Positions 9,782 through 18,737 of a stretch of 64,000 bases of DNA are shown here, piece after piece. The first letter of the stretch is position 1, and each line of letters opens with the position of its first letter. A model generated the notes under the pieces. The model was given only the letters and a program-made list of their open reading frames with translations, had not been told where the DNA came from and did not search any database. The stretch is from Verrucomicrobiota bacterium (lineage in GTDB: Bacteria > Verrucomicrobiota > Verrucomicrobiia > Limisphaerales > UBA8199): the NCBI GenBank assembly GCA_035358715.1, contig DAOPPX010000001.1:18412-82411 (forward strand), given 5' to 3'. Both the position numbers and the translations under genes were made by a program.

Positions 9782-12213
9782 GTGAGCCCGATTACACAGG
9801 CCAGCGGCTCAGCTTCCTGGAATTGTTCAAGGAATACGGCTATGTCGAGATACCGCTAATCCAAAGAGACTACGCGCAAGGACGGGACTCCGCCAAAACA
9901 GTGCGGGAGCGGTTCTTGGATAGTCTGTTTGGCGCTTTGAAGGAGCATCAGCCGTTGAGCTTGGACTTCGTTTATGGAGAAGTAAGAGCTTCTCCAGGCA
10001 ACCCAGCTTCAAAATGTTTCGAGCCGATTGATGGTCAACAACGACTCACCGCTTTGTTTCTGCTTCACTGGTATCTCGCCTGCATTGCCGAGAAGCAGGA
10101 TGAGTTCGAGAAGCTATTGCGGCACGGGGACGAAAGAACGCCCCGATTTCGATACTCGGTCAGAAACAGCTCCCATGAGTTTTTTGACAAACTCTTGGCC
10201 TTCTTCCCTGATTTGACGCGTCCGTTGCCAGAGCAGATAAAGAACCGTGCATGGTTTCGTGGTGCGTGGGAAGGAGATGCCACCATTCGTGGTGCGTTGG
10301 TGATGCTGGACGCGATTCAAAAGAGATTCCCGCCCGATGAAACAAAGGCGTTTTACGATATGCTATGCTGGGACAATTGCCCAATCACCTTCGATGTCCT
10401 GAACCTGGGGAATTTGGGTTTGTCCGAAGAAATTTACGTCAAGATGAACGCCCGGGGAAAGGAACTGACCGGTTTTGAAAAGTTCAAGGCGTGGTTGATC
10501 GAGAATCGTTGGGAAAACTACAAGCTGTTATGGCCTGAGAACACAGATGCCACAAAACAATGGCCAATATTGCTGGATGGAGACTGGCTGGATTTATTCT
10601 GGTCATTTCGGCCGCCAGATGATCGAAATCCCGCAAAATCGGTTTCAGAGGTGTTTTTTCGGACGTTCTTGGCGCTCGCGGTGAATTTTCACGCCTCGGA
10701 TAATCCTTACACATCCGAAAGTCCACTTCCAGAAGAATGGATGGGCGCCGACAGCGATGAACGGCGAAACTTATGGGACAAGATTTTTACACCGACGGCG
10801 CTGCAAAGCGTGTTCAAGCATCTTCGGCACTTGTCCTCATTGACAAAGAAAGGGCTGGATGATTTGCGAGAGACATTGAAAAGCAATGGAATCCAGTTTT
10901 CAGAAGATTCCACGAAGCTTTTCTGTCCGTTCTTTGAGGGCGATGAGGGTGACTCGAAGGTTGTAATTCGGGAAAGGCTGTGGCTTCACGCGCTGTGTTC
11001 GTTTTTGGAATACTCGAAAGCCGCGCAAGACGCATTCCGTGATGACTGGTTTCGGGTAATCCGCAACCTAATTGAGAACTCCGAACCCCGGCAGGAGAAC
11101 TTCGCGACTGCCGTCCAAAGCATCTCGACGCTGGCGAAAAGGGTGACGTGCCTGGCCGAGTCCGAATGCGTCCTGAACCGTCCTGTGCTCTGTGCGGTCA
11201 AGGATAGTATGTTTCAAGATTTGCAAGGGTTTAACGGCGAGCAAAAGAGAGAGGAGGCCGAGAAAGCCCGTTTGATTCAAAACCAAGACGGCCCGAAATG
11301 GGAGAAGACACTACTTGAAGCGGAAAACCATCCTGTTTTTCTCGGTCAGATCGGCTTACTTCTGGATGACAATCCGAATCTTGATGTTTTCCAGAAACGC
11401 TTGGCTGTGGTCAAACACCTGCTCGATGCCAACGGGAGTAAAGTTGGTCAAAACGAGTATTTGATAGCCCGCGCCGCATTGAGCCTATGTGAACCCATAG
11501 AATTGGGGTACCAGCAACGTCTGGAGTTCAAAGATACAGCAGCCCAATGGAAATATCTGCTAGGTTCGACCGCATTAAAAAAAGACGACATGCCAACACC
11601 AAAAGGCATGTTTCGGATGGGAATGCGGAAGCTAATTGATCACCTTAGAGATTGCCGGACCGGAGGCTTTGAATCGAAAATGAAGGCATTGTGTCATAGC
11701 GGAGCGGGACAAGATTGGGCGGCCGATGTCATTCGCTACGGTGACAGCCTCCTTCAGTGGGGGCCTGACAAATGGATTTCGCGTGAACAAAAGATTCAGA
11801 ATTATCGCAATAACGGGACCTTCATCTTCCATATCGCAAACAGCTCGGAGCAGGACATCATGTTGGGGGAACGAGCTCGTTGGAGAAATGGCACCATCAA
11901 ATTGCTTTTGGACGTGGGCTGGAACATAAAGGAAGGGGGAGAAGTGCCCGGGATTGGCACAACTCCGCCTTTTTATAAAGGTCATGTATTCAACCTCGAT
12001 CTTCCGCAAGAAAATCCAACTTGGCGTGTTTGGATTGGATACGATCAGGTGGTTTTGCGACAGCGAAACACGGACGCCCCCCAAGGCGCGGCGGAAAATT
12101 GGGCCAACGTGCGAGGATTCGAGTTTACCGAAGGGATGCCGAGCGAGAAAATCGCAGAATGGATCCAGCAAAAAGTCACATCAAGCCAATTCAAATCCGT
12201 GCAGCAATCATGA
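9778..12213 (+). CDS. DUF262 domain protein with long unassigned C-terminal region
   Basis: 811 aa. IQRDYAQGR and DGQQRLTALFLL motifs. No HNH/DUF1524 motif seen in the remaining ~600 aa. ATGA overlap with the upstream gene. Confidence 0.85.
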   Translation: MSEPDYTGQRLSFLELFKEYGYVEIPLIQRDYAQGRDSAKTVRERFLDSLFGALKEHQPLSLDFVYGEVRASPGNPASKCFEPIDGQQRLTALFLLHWYLACIAEKQDEFEKLLRHGDERTPRFRYSVRNSSHEFFDKLLAFFPDLTRPLPEQIKNRAWFRGAWEGDATIRGALVMLDAIQKRFPPDETKAFYDMLCWDNCPITFDVLNLGNLGLSEEIYVKMNARGKELTGFEKFKAWLIENRWENYKLLWPENTDATKQWPILLDGDWLDLFWSFRPPDDRNPAKSVSEVFFRTFLALAVNFHASDNPYTSESPLPEEWMGADSDERRNLWDKIFTPTALQSVFKHLRHLSSLTKKGLDDLRETLKSNGIQFSEDSTKLFCPFFEGDEGDSKVVIRERLWLHALCSFLEYSKAAQDAFRDDWFRVIRNLIENSEPRQENFATAVQSISTLAKRVTCLAESECVLNRPVLCAVKDSMFQDLQGFNGEQKREEAEKARLIQNQDGPKWEKTLLEAENHPVFLGQIGLLLDDNPNLDVFQKRLAVVKHLLDANGSKVGQNEYLIARAALSLCEPIELGYQQRLEFKDTAAQWKYLLGSTALKKDDMPTPKGMFRMGMRKLIDHLRDCRTGGFESKMKALCHSGAGQDWAADVIRYGDSLLQWGPDKWISREQKIQNYRNNGTFIFHIANSSEQDIMLGERARWRNGTIKLLLDVGWNIKEGGEVPGIGTTPPFYKGHVFNLDLPQENPTWRVWIGYDQVVLRQRNTDAPQGAAENWANVRGFEFTEGMPSEKIAEWIQQKVTSSQFKSVQQS

Positions 12214-12465
12214 CTACTACGCCAGCATTGCGGATACAAAGCCTCTAGTTTTGGCGCCACGCCTGACGGCTTCCTGGTGTCCATGCCCACCCAAAAGGAC
12301 TCAAGGAAGGGAAGCACGTCCTGTATCGAGGCGCTGAAGAAGCCAAATACGAGGGGTGGTATTGCGGCGCCAACTCATTCCACTTTTGTCTGCCTCACCA
12401 CCTCATCCTGCCCACTGTCCGCCAGGCGCAACTGAGGCAGGCACGAGGCAGCGTTTTGCTAGCGA

Positions 12466-13443
12466 TCAATTCGCCTGTTCCGCTGACCGCCGATTGTTGA
12501 ATTCCGCCCTGAGTCGGCGGAACCGTTTGGGGCTGGTCCGTGGATCCCAGCCAAGGCCGGCGCAAAGGAATTCATGTCTCTTTTCGCCTTTCAGCTGACG
12601 GCGGCGAGCTTCTTTGTCCAGATCACGAAGTTTCGAGGCGTCTTGCATCCGCTGGGCGAGGCCTGCGGCCAGGGCCGAACCTTGGCGCCCGGGAACCCGC
12701 GCGCGGTGAAGCATGGCAATCGCCTCCCAGCGGATGTCGCGTTTGGGGTCGAACGACCAATAGGCTGGGATGTGGATCATGGTTCCATAGGGCGTCAGGT
12801 TGACCGCGAGCTTGAGCAGTAGCGGTTCGTCGTTCTGCATCCCGTAGAGATTCCAGCGCAGGCAAAATGCGTCGAATGCCGCCTGGAACACATCATCTCG
12901 GCGCCGGCAGTTTACGGAAAATGACGGACGCAGGTTGCGCTCGGCGCCCATCGTGCGACGGATGACGCCTTTGTGGTCTCGGTAGGGCCTGACGTTGAAT
13001 GCCGTTTTGAGGCGCTTCCATTGGCGACGTAGGTCAGGACTCGTTTTGATGGCCAGTTCGTTCTGGGCGTATTTGGCCTGGGTTTGAACGATGTTCTCAT
13101 AGGTGCCTTTCTGGACGTGGAGTTCGTGGGCCGCTACAGCGGCGCAAATTGTTTCGTCGGGTGGATCTGGCAGAAAATCGATGAGCAAACGGTGCCTGGA
13201 GGTCAGGCGTTTTCCCTTTTCCAGAGCCGCGAGGCAGTCCTCCAACACGTCTTGGATGTTGAACGGCCAGAGTGTGATTGGGATGAACATCCAGTTGTAG
13301 AGGAGACGTAGCGAGTGGGCCTGGACGGCATCAAGTTTCGAGGCAGCCGCGTGGTAGCGCCGGAGGGCCCCCTCCGTCCAATCCGCCCGGTGATAGGCGA
13401 GGACCTGGAGTCGTTTCAGATCGAGGTCGAGGGGCGAGGCCAT
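12466..13443 (-). CDS. hypothetical protein
   Basis: 325-aa ATG ORF with balanced composition. No motif recognised. Confidence 0.6.
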   Translation of the reverse strand: MASPLDLDLKRLQVLAYHRADWTEGALRRYHAAASKLDAVQAHSLRLLYNWMFIPITLWPFNIQDVLEDCLAALEKGKRLTSRHRLLIDFLPDPPDETICAAVAAHELHVQKGTYENIVQTQAKYAQNELAIKTSPDLRRQWKRLKTAFNVRPYRDHKGVIRRTMGAERNLRPSFSVNCRRRDDVFQAAFDAFCLRWNLYGMQNDEPLLLKLAVNLTPYGTMIHIPAYWSFDPKRDIRWEAIAMLHRARVPGRQGSALAAGLAQRMQDASKLRDLDKEARRRQLKGEKRHEFLCAGLGWDPRTSPKRFRRLRAEFNNRRSAEQAN

Positions 13444-13559
13444 TTGTTCAGGCGGGGGCCGTCGGCGCCGCAGTGGGGGCAGGAGGCTAGTGAGCCGGCG
13501 TCGATGGCCTCAAAGGCCATCGGCTGTGGGCAATTGTTGCACTGGCATTTTACAAGCAT
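13416..13559 (-). CDS. small zinc-ribbon protein (not in ORF track, under 60 aa)
   Basis: Hand-translated 47-aa ORF MLVKCQCNNCPQPMAFEAIDAGSLASCPHCGADGPRLNKWPRPSTSI, with CxxC...CxxC. Its 3' end overlaps the start of 12466..13443 out of frame. Confidence 0.45.
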   Translation of the reverse strand: MLVKCQCNNCPQPMAFEAIDAGSLASCPHCGADGPRLNKWPRPSTSI

Positions 13560-14040
13560 CGGACCTAGTTGTTGTGCGCCGGGCAATCGAGGCGGCTACA
13601 AGTCACACTCCGAATATTGCTCCGCGCAGCGGGCGGCGATTCTAATCCCGATCCGTGGCGCTGAGTGTATGCAGGTGGTTTCTTACCGTCAATGTTGGAG
13701 TTGAGGCGGTTGAGGCGGTTATGGAGTGGGAAATGGGGGTGCTGGGCGCGACATGGCAAAGCAATGCTTCAATGCGGCCGGTTACCCACCTGATAAAATG
13801 GTCGTCCCGGAGAGGCGGCTCCCTCTCGTCTCGGAGTACCAGGCTGCCGTGGCCACATGCAGCCGAGCAATCTCTACCTCGCGTGATCACCCTCCATTAA
13901 AGGGAAGGAGTTGCTATCGTCAACATTTCGGATCTGCTGGCGGTCTTTGCCAGTCTCCCTCCATCGCGGCTTGCGTATCTCAGCTACGGGACGAACAAAA
14001 TCGAAAAATTGCAGCGTGGATATTCCTAGCCAGCGGTCCG

Positions 14041-14604
14041 TTATGCTGTGGTCCCTTGTCGGTCGGCAGTGACACGTCGGTTCGCCAATGGAACGCGGCG
14101 GCATTTGCAGACCTTCTTGGGAGTCCGCGAAAGGAGAATTAGAGGGCCAGGATCGGGAGCGACGCCTTCGAGTCCTTCCACCACTTTGCGGAGGGTCTTG
14201 CGTTGTCCCAGAGCCTTCCTCAAGAACTCAAGCGAGACGTGAACTTCCGTCGCCTCCGTATTGGTGAATTCCCATTTGGCCAGGTGTTTCATCCCGGGCC
14301 GCCACCACTCGATCTGGCCACCATATTCATGGCGTGCATCCGTACGTTTGACGAAGGCCAACCTGTGCTCCACCAGGAACAGGTCGAGCTCATCGGTCAA
14401 GTAGGGCGCCAGTTCGCTGTTGCAAACTTTAAGGGAAGAGTTGCCACTGATCTGTTCAGCTTCCTTGCGAAGGCTTGCCTCATCGTCGCAGCCGCCGTAC
14501 TCCCGCGTCATTTGAACGGCGAGCAGGTGTTCCAGCAGCGCGTCAAAGACCGCGGAGGCTATCTTGCCGCCGATCTCGTAACGAATGGGGAAACGGTCAG
14601 CCAT
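14041..14604 (-). CDS. hypothetical protein
   Basis: 187-aa ATG ORF, 12 nt downstream of the preceding gene. No motif recognised. Confidence 0.6.
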   Translation of the reverse strand: MADRFPIRYEIGGKIASAVFDALLEHLLAVQMTREYGGCDDEASLRKEAEQISGNSSLKVCNSELAPYLTDELDLFLVEHRLAFVKRTDARHEYGGQIEWWRPGMKHLAKWEFTNTEATEVHVSLEFLRKALGQRKTLRKVVEGLEGVAPDPGPLILLSRTPKKVCKCRRVPLANRRVTADRQGTTA

Positions 14605-14616
14605 GGACGTGTTGAT

Positions 14617-14808
14617 TCAAGGCTTCTCGGGGATCGGCTTTCGGAGGCGAGGCTTATTCGGAACCAGATAGCAAAGGGCGCCACACTCGGGGCATTCCCC
14701 CGATGGAACTTCACCGCCGGGCTCGACCCGCTGGAGCAGGTCGGGAATGTCGGGAAACACAGTCGCTGGTTCTCCAACCCAATTGCAGTTGCCGCACGCC
14801 GATTTCAT
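14617..14808 (-). CDS. small zinc-ribbon protein
   Basis: 63 aa with CGNC...CPEC. ATGA overlap with the upstream gene. Confidence 0.6.
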   Translation of the reverse strand: MKSACGNCNWVGEPATVFPDIPDLLQRVEPGGEVPSGECPECGALCYLVPNKPRLRKPIPEKP

Positions 14809-15083
14809 GGTTGCTCTTCAGTTTGGCGTGTTACGCCTCCGTACAGAGCCCGGCGCTCGCGGGCGATATCTTTGGCGGTGCAAACGCAATTCTTGCGCAA
14901 CTGGCGCAGGTTGCAGGCTTCCGGGGCTCCCGGCACGGCGCGCTGCTGGGAATCCTGCTTATGATTGCCGGCGGCATAGGAGCAGAGAATTCGGCTGCCC
15001 CGAACGACCTGAACCTCATAGCCCCATTGGCTGTACTCTCCAACGACAACTGCTTGGACCTTCGCATTACGAGTTGAGGCCAT
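14805..15083 (-). CDS. hypothetical protein
   Basis: 92 aa from ATG 15083; the track ORF extends to 15173. Overlaps the upstream stop by 17 nt. Confidence 0.5.
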   Translation of the reverse strand: MASTRNAKVQAVVVGEYSQWGYEVQVVRGSRILCSYAAGNHKQDSQQRAVPGAPEACNLRQLRKNCVCTAKDIARERRALYGGVTRQTEEQP

Positions 15084-15747
15084 ATTTCCGGTATTCGCTG
15101 ATGAGCCACGCCAACCAGCGCTTGGCCTTTTCCGGCCCCGACCGCTGGTTGTGAGCCTTGAGGAATTCTTCATGGGCCTTTGGGCAGATCGTTTGCCAGC
15201 GGCAATCCGCCGGAATGTGTGCTCCGTCTTTGGGGATGTGGAACCGAGGCCGCTGTAGATCGCCTTTAGGCCAACTCACAAGCCGGCAGTCTTCGGGCAC
15301 GCTGCAAATACTGTCGGTTGGCGCATCGTAGCGGGCACGCGTGAATTCGACGTCGCTCTTGAGGTAATCGTAAACCTGAGCATCGCACGGGCAGTAGAGT
15401 TCCACTTGAGGCGAGATGCACACGGGCCGATTGAGCCGCCTGCCGAGTTCCTCTTCGGCGGTGCGTTTGGCCAGTTCGAGATCCGTGAACGGCTGCGGCG
15501 CCCCCCGGTTGCGGCGCCAATCGGGTTCCTGGCCGCATCCGTTGGCGAAGATCCTCTCATGCCTTCCGTCGACGGCCAGGTCCAGAAACCATGCTGTCCC
15601 CGACGGCACTGCCTGAATGAGGAGGCTAAATCCGGGGTTGGAGTTGCCTGGGCCGGGTGTCATAAGCATGCGAGCCTGCGTGCGAAGCGACGCAGAGATT
15701 CCCTGCCGTTGCAGGGTGATCGTCAGGGGTGTTCGTGCGCTGATCAT
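15067..15747 (-). CDS. hypothetical Cys-rich protein
   Basis: 226-aa ATG ORF. Starts 2 nt after the upstream stop. Confidence 0.6.
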   Translation of the reverse strand: MISARTPLTITLQRQGISASLRTQARMLMTPGPGNSNPGFSLLIQAVPSGTAWFLDLAVDGRHERIFANGCGQEPDWRRNRGAPQPFTDLELAKRTAEEELGRRLNRPVCISPQVELYCPCDAQVYDYLKSDVEFTRARYDAPTDSICSVPEDCRLVSWPKGDLQRPRFHIPKDGAHIPADCRWQTICPKAHEEFLKAHNQRSGPEKAKRWLAWLISEYRKYGLNS

Positions 15748-15749
15748 GG

Positions 15750-16178
15750 TCAGGCCGCTGCCGGGAGAGGGTGGCTGCCGCCGGCATGCGGCAGAATCGC
15801 CGGAGAGCTCTGCTCGGCGGCGTTTACTGTCGCCATTGCGACCGGGGTGCCATCGGCCAGTTTGAGATTATTCTTGGCCAATACATGGTTGAGGAGATTT
15901 TGATAAACGGGCAACTGCGTGGCTTCGAGAGCAGCCTCCTGCAATTTCCTGGCCGAGAACCGTGTGACCTCCTCGATCAGAGTCTTGGTGCCGGAAAATG
16001 CCAGCATGCTCTTGCAGTTTCCCTCCCGCTTCACGGGTTGCACGGCAAGATAATAGCCGCGCTTGTTGAATTCTCCCGAGAGGAAGCTCCTGCCGCCCGC
16101 ATCGTAGTACACTTCCACTTCGACAAAACGATTGAGTTCGGTCGTGGGCAAACTGCGGATAATGATTCTTCGGCTCAT
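15750..16178 (-). CDS. hypothetical protein
   Basis: 142 aa from ATG 16178. A TTG at 16325 would give a TTGA overlap with the upstream gene, so the start is uncertain. Confidence 0.5.
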   Translation of the reverse strand: MSRRIIIRSLPTTELNRFVEVEVYYDAGGRSFLSGEFNKRGYYLAVQPVKREGNCKSMLAFSGTKTLIEEVTRFSARKLQEAALEATQLPVYQNLLNHVLAKNNLKLADGTPVAMATVNAAEQSSPAILPHAGGSHPLPAAA

Positions 16179-16321
16179 GCGATTGTTGGTTTGGCGGGCT
16201 ACTCGAAAATGAGCACCGGTTTCGGCTGGTGCGTGTTCTCTTTGTCCAGATGGTCCCTCAAAGCCCTCGGGCGTGCCCTGAACTCCAAAGCACGTGCGGC
16301 TCGGAGGCCTTTCGACCGCCT

Positions 16322-17458
16322 TCAAGCGGAGACCGCCGGGATCTGCGGAGGAGGAAAGGGGGGGTCACTGGCCGACCTTTCTCTAACCAGGCCTGAAGGA
16401 TCGTGTGCAGATCCTCCCACCGCTCCTGTTATCGAGCCGTTCTTTGCTTTTGGTACCGCGGCTCCAAGTCCAACGAAAACAGGCCTAATCCAGATGCGTT
16501 TAATCAGGAGGAGTTGTGGGCCATGGCGTTGATTACGCCAGTGGCCGCGCCGCCAATGTGCGTGTGGCGTGCGATGGGTGCCGGTCGGCGCGGGGTTCTC
16601 GTAGGTGATGCGGAAGTGTTCGCCGATAAAATTGGGTTTCCAGGTGGCCCGGCGGACAACTTTGCCGTTCTTCTTTTTGGCGGCGCGCAGAATGCGCTCG
16701 GAGGTCACAAGTTCCGGTTCGGCGGTCATGCCCAAAAGGATGTTGATGGACAGATGCGCGAGGAGGTTGACGGTGCTCTTATCCTGCTCGTGAGTGGTGT
16801 CAGACCAGCCGACCGACGAGAAGAGTTCGATATCAGCAGCCAACAGGTCTTTGACCTGAGTGCCGGGTATAGGGGTGCGCGAATCGTAATGCACGGGCCT
16901 GCCGTCCTCCCATGCCAGCATAGCGGCGATGAACAGCGGTTGGGGATTGGCGACAGTCAGCGGCGGCATCTGCCAGGCACCGATGCGAATCGGAGATCTG
17001 GCCACACAGCCGGCCGGGACGCTGGCAACCGTGAGAAAGGGAACGAGGCAGCCGAAATAGCGCAGACTGAATTCGGCAGGCAGCATGAAAAGCATGGCCG
17101 GCATGGGGAACCGAATCTCATCGAAGCGCAGGTCGTCAGGGGCCTCGGTATGGAGGAGGGCTTCGCAGAAATCGGCGGCGACGAAGTAGGTGGGAACTTG
17201 GTAGCGGATGAGTTGCGCGGCGGTCAGACGCAGGGAGGCGATGGTGACGTCCTGTGAGGGTTGGAGGCCGCGCTGGGCAGTTCTGGCCGCTGTGTAGGCC
17301 GAGAGCATGAACACCTCCGGGTGGGGGAAGCCGCGAGGGATGCTGAAATGTTTGGGACAGCAGAGCGCCCGCAAGGACGGAGATTCCTGGTCGATGCAGG
17401 CGAGGATCTCGTGCAGTGGCCAGCCGTGGAATTCGGCGCGGATGTTGCCTGGGGTCAT
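16322..17458 (-). CDS. hypothetical protein
   Basis: 378-aa ATG ORF, first gene after a 274-nt divergent gap. C-terminal basic HWRRGHWRNQRHG segment. The antisense ORF 16403..17257 looks like a shadow. Confidence 0.6.
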   Translation of the reverse strand: MTPGNIRAEFHGWPLHEILACIDQESPSLRALCCPKHFSIPRGFPHPEVFMLSAYTAARTAQRGLQPSQDVTIASLRLTAAQLIRYQVPTYFVAADFCEALLHTEAPDDLRFDEIRFPMPAMLFMLPAEFSLRYFGCLVPFLTVASVPAGCVARSPIRIGAWQMPPLTVANPQPLFIAAMLAWEDGRPVHYDSRTPIPGTQVKDLLAADIELFSSVGWSDTTHEQDKSTVNLLAHLSINILLGMTAEPELVTSERILRAAKKKNGKVVRRATWKPNFIGEHFRITYENPAPTGTHRTPHAHWRRGHWRNQRHGPQLLLIKRIWIRPVFVGLGAAVPKAKNGSITGAVGGSAHDPSGLVRERSASDPPFPPPQIPAVSA

Positions 17459-17732
17459 ATCAGAGCTGTGTGAGAATTGGCTGGTTGGCGAATAGACGAT
17501 CCGAAGCTTTCGGTTATAGATCTGTTTGGCCGCAGGCTTCGTGGCTGCGTGTTTGAGCCTTTTGCCACAAAAGCCAGGCTGCCGGCAGGCAAGTTGGCCT
17601 TATCTGGCGGGATGTTTGTCGGCTTTCTCCGTCACTTCCAACCGAGTGGCAGTTGCGGTAATTCGGTATTGGGTTGTCGCCTTTCCACGAAATCTGGATT
17701 TGCGAGAAGTCTTGTGGCAGTCTCCGCGCAAT

Positions 17733-18737
17733 ATGAGCCGACCGTGGACTGAAGCCGAAGTCCGGTTGCTCGGCGCAAAACCGGATTACGAGATTGGCCG
17801 GTTGGTTGGGCGGCCAGGCAAAGCCGTTTGGGCCAAGAGGCAAGCCCTGGGGATTGCCGCGCCGCCTTCCTTGGTTCGTCGTTGGACCGAGGAGGAGGAT
17901 CAGGTCGTGCTCGCGAAACCGCCTTTAGAGGCAGCAATGCTCCTGAATCGGACGGAGGAAGCCGTCAATATCCGCAGGAACAAATTGCGCAGAAAGCTCT
18001 CGCCTGAACAGACAGTGAGGCTGTTGAGCCCGGAGGAAGCCAGGCTGCGGATCGAGGTCCCCAGATATGATTCCAAGGAACAGGAGGAGAAGATGCGGTT
18101 TGTGGGCGGCCCGTATGCACCTCCACTCGTGCCCATTGGAGGCTGGTTGAAATGCGAACTGCGCGGCATGGTCCAAGTGGGCGGCTACAGCAACGGATTG
18201 ATTCCTTGGCCGGTCGCCGTGAACCATCCAAAGCAGATGATCTTGTGCGGGGACCTGGTGAAGGCGTTGAAAACAGAGTCGCGTGTGGCAGTCTGTTTCC
18301 ATTTTGGAATCTCGCCACAAATGGTCTCCGAATACAGACGGCGGCTGGGCATCGAACGTTTTACGGCCGGGAGCACGCGTCTCTTTTGGAGAAACGTGAA
18401 GCTCGCCGCTTCTGACGAGGCCAGGGCGAAGATGTCCCGGCAGCGTGAAGGCCGGCAGGACCTCATGACGCCCGCAGATCGGGAGCGGTTGCGCGAAATC
18501 CAGAGGCGTCCCAAATCAGAGGCATGGAAGGCGAAGATGGTTGAACGCTGGCAGAGGCGCTTTACGCTGCTTGGTAAACCGGACGAATGGACCGAAGAGG
18601 AACTCAAACTCATCGGCACCAGACCGGACCGCGAAGTCGCCAAACTACTGAATCGTTCGGTGCTGGCGGTAAAGGCTAAGAAATTTCAGTTGCAGAAGGC
18701 CCAGCAGGAGAAATCAAGCTTTCCAGGTTCAACTTAA
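17733..18737 (+). CDS. SANT/Myb-like repeat protein (putative DNA-binding regulator)
   Basis: 334 aa from ATG 17733. Three copies of a W-T-E-x-E pattern: RPWTEAEVRLLG, RRWTEEEDQVVL, DEWTEEELKLIG. One of only three plus-strand genes in the 12-60 kb block. Confidence 0.6.
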   Translation: MSRPWTEAEVRLLGAKPDYEIGRLVGRPGKAVWAKRQALGIAAPPSLVRRWTEEEDQVVLAKPPLEAAMLLNRTEEAVNIRRNKLRRKLSPEQTVRLLSPEEARLRIEVPRYDSKEQEEKMRFVGGPYAPPLVPIGGWLKCELRGMVQVGGYSNGLIPWPVAVNHPKQMILCGDLVKALKTESRVAVCFHFGISPQMVSEYRRRLGIERFTAGSTRLFWRNVKLAASDEARAKMSRQREGRQDLMTPADRERLREIQRRPKSEAWKAKMVERWQRRFTLLGKPDEWTEEELKLIGTRPDREVAKLLNRSVLAVKAKKFQLQKAQQEKSSFPGST

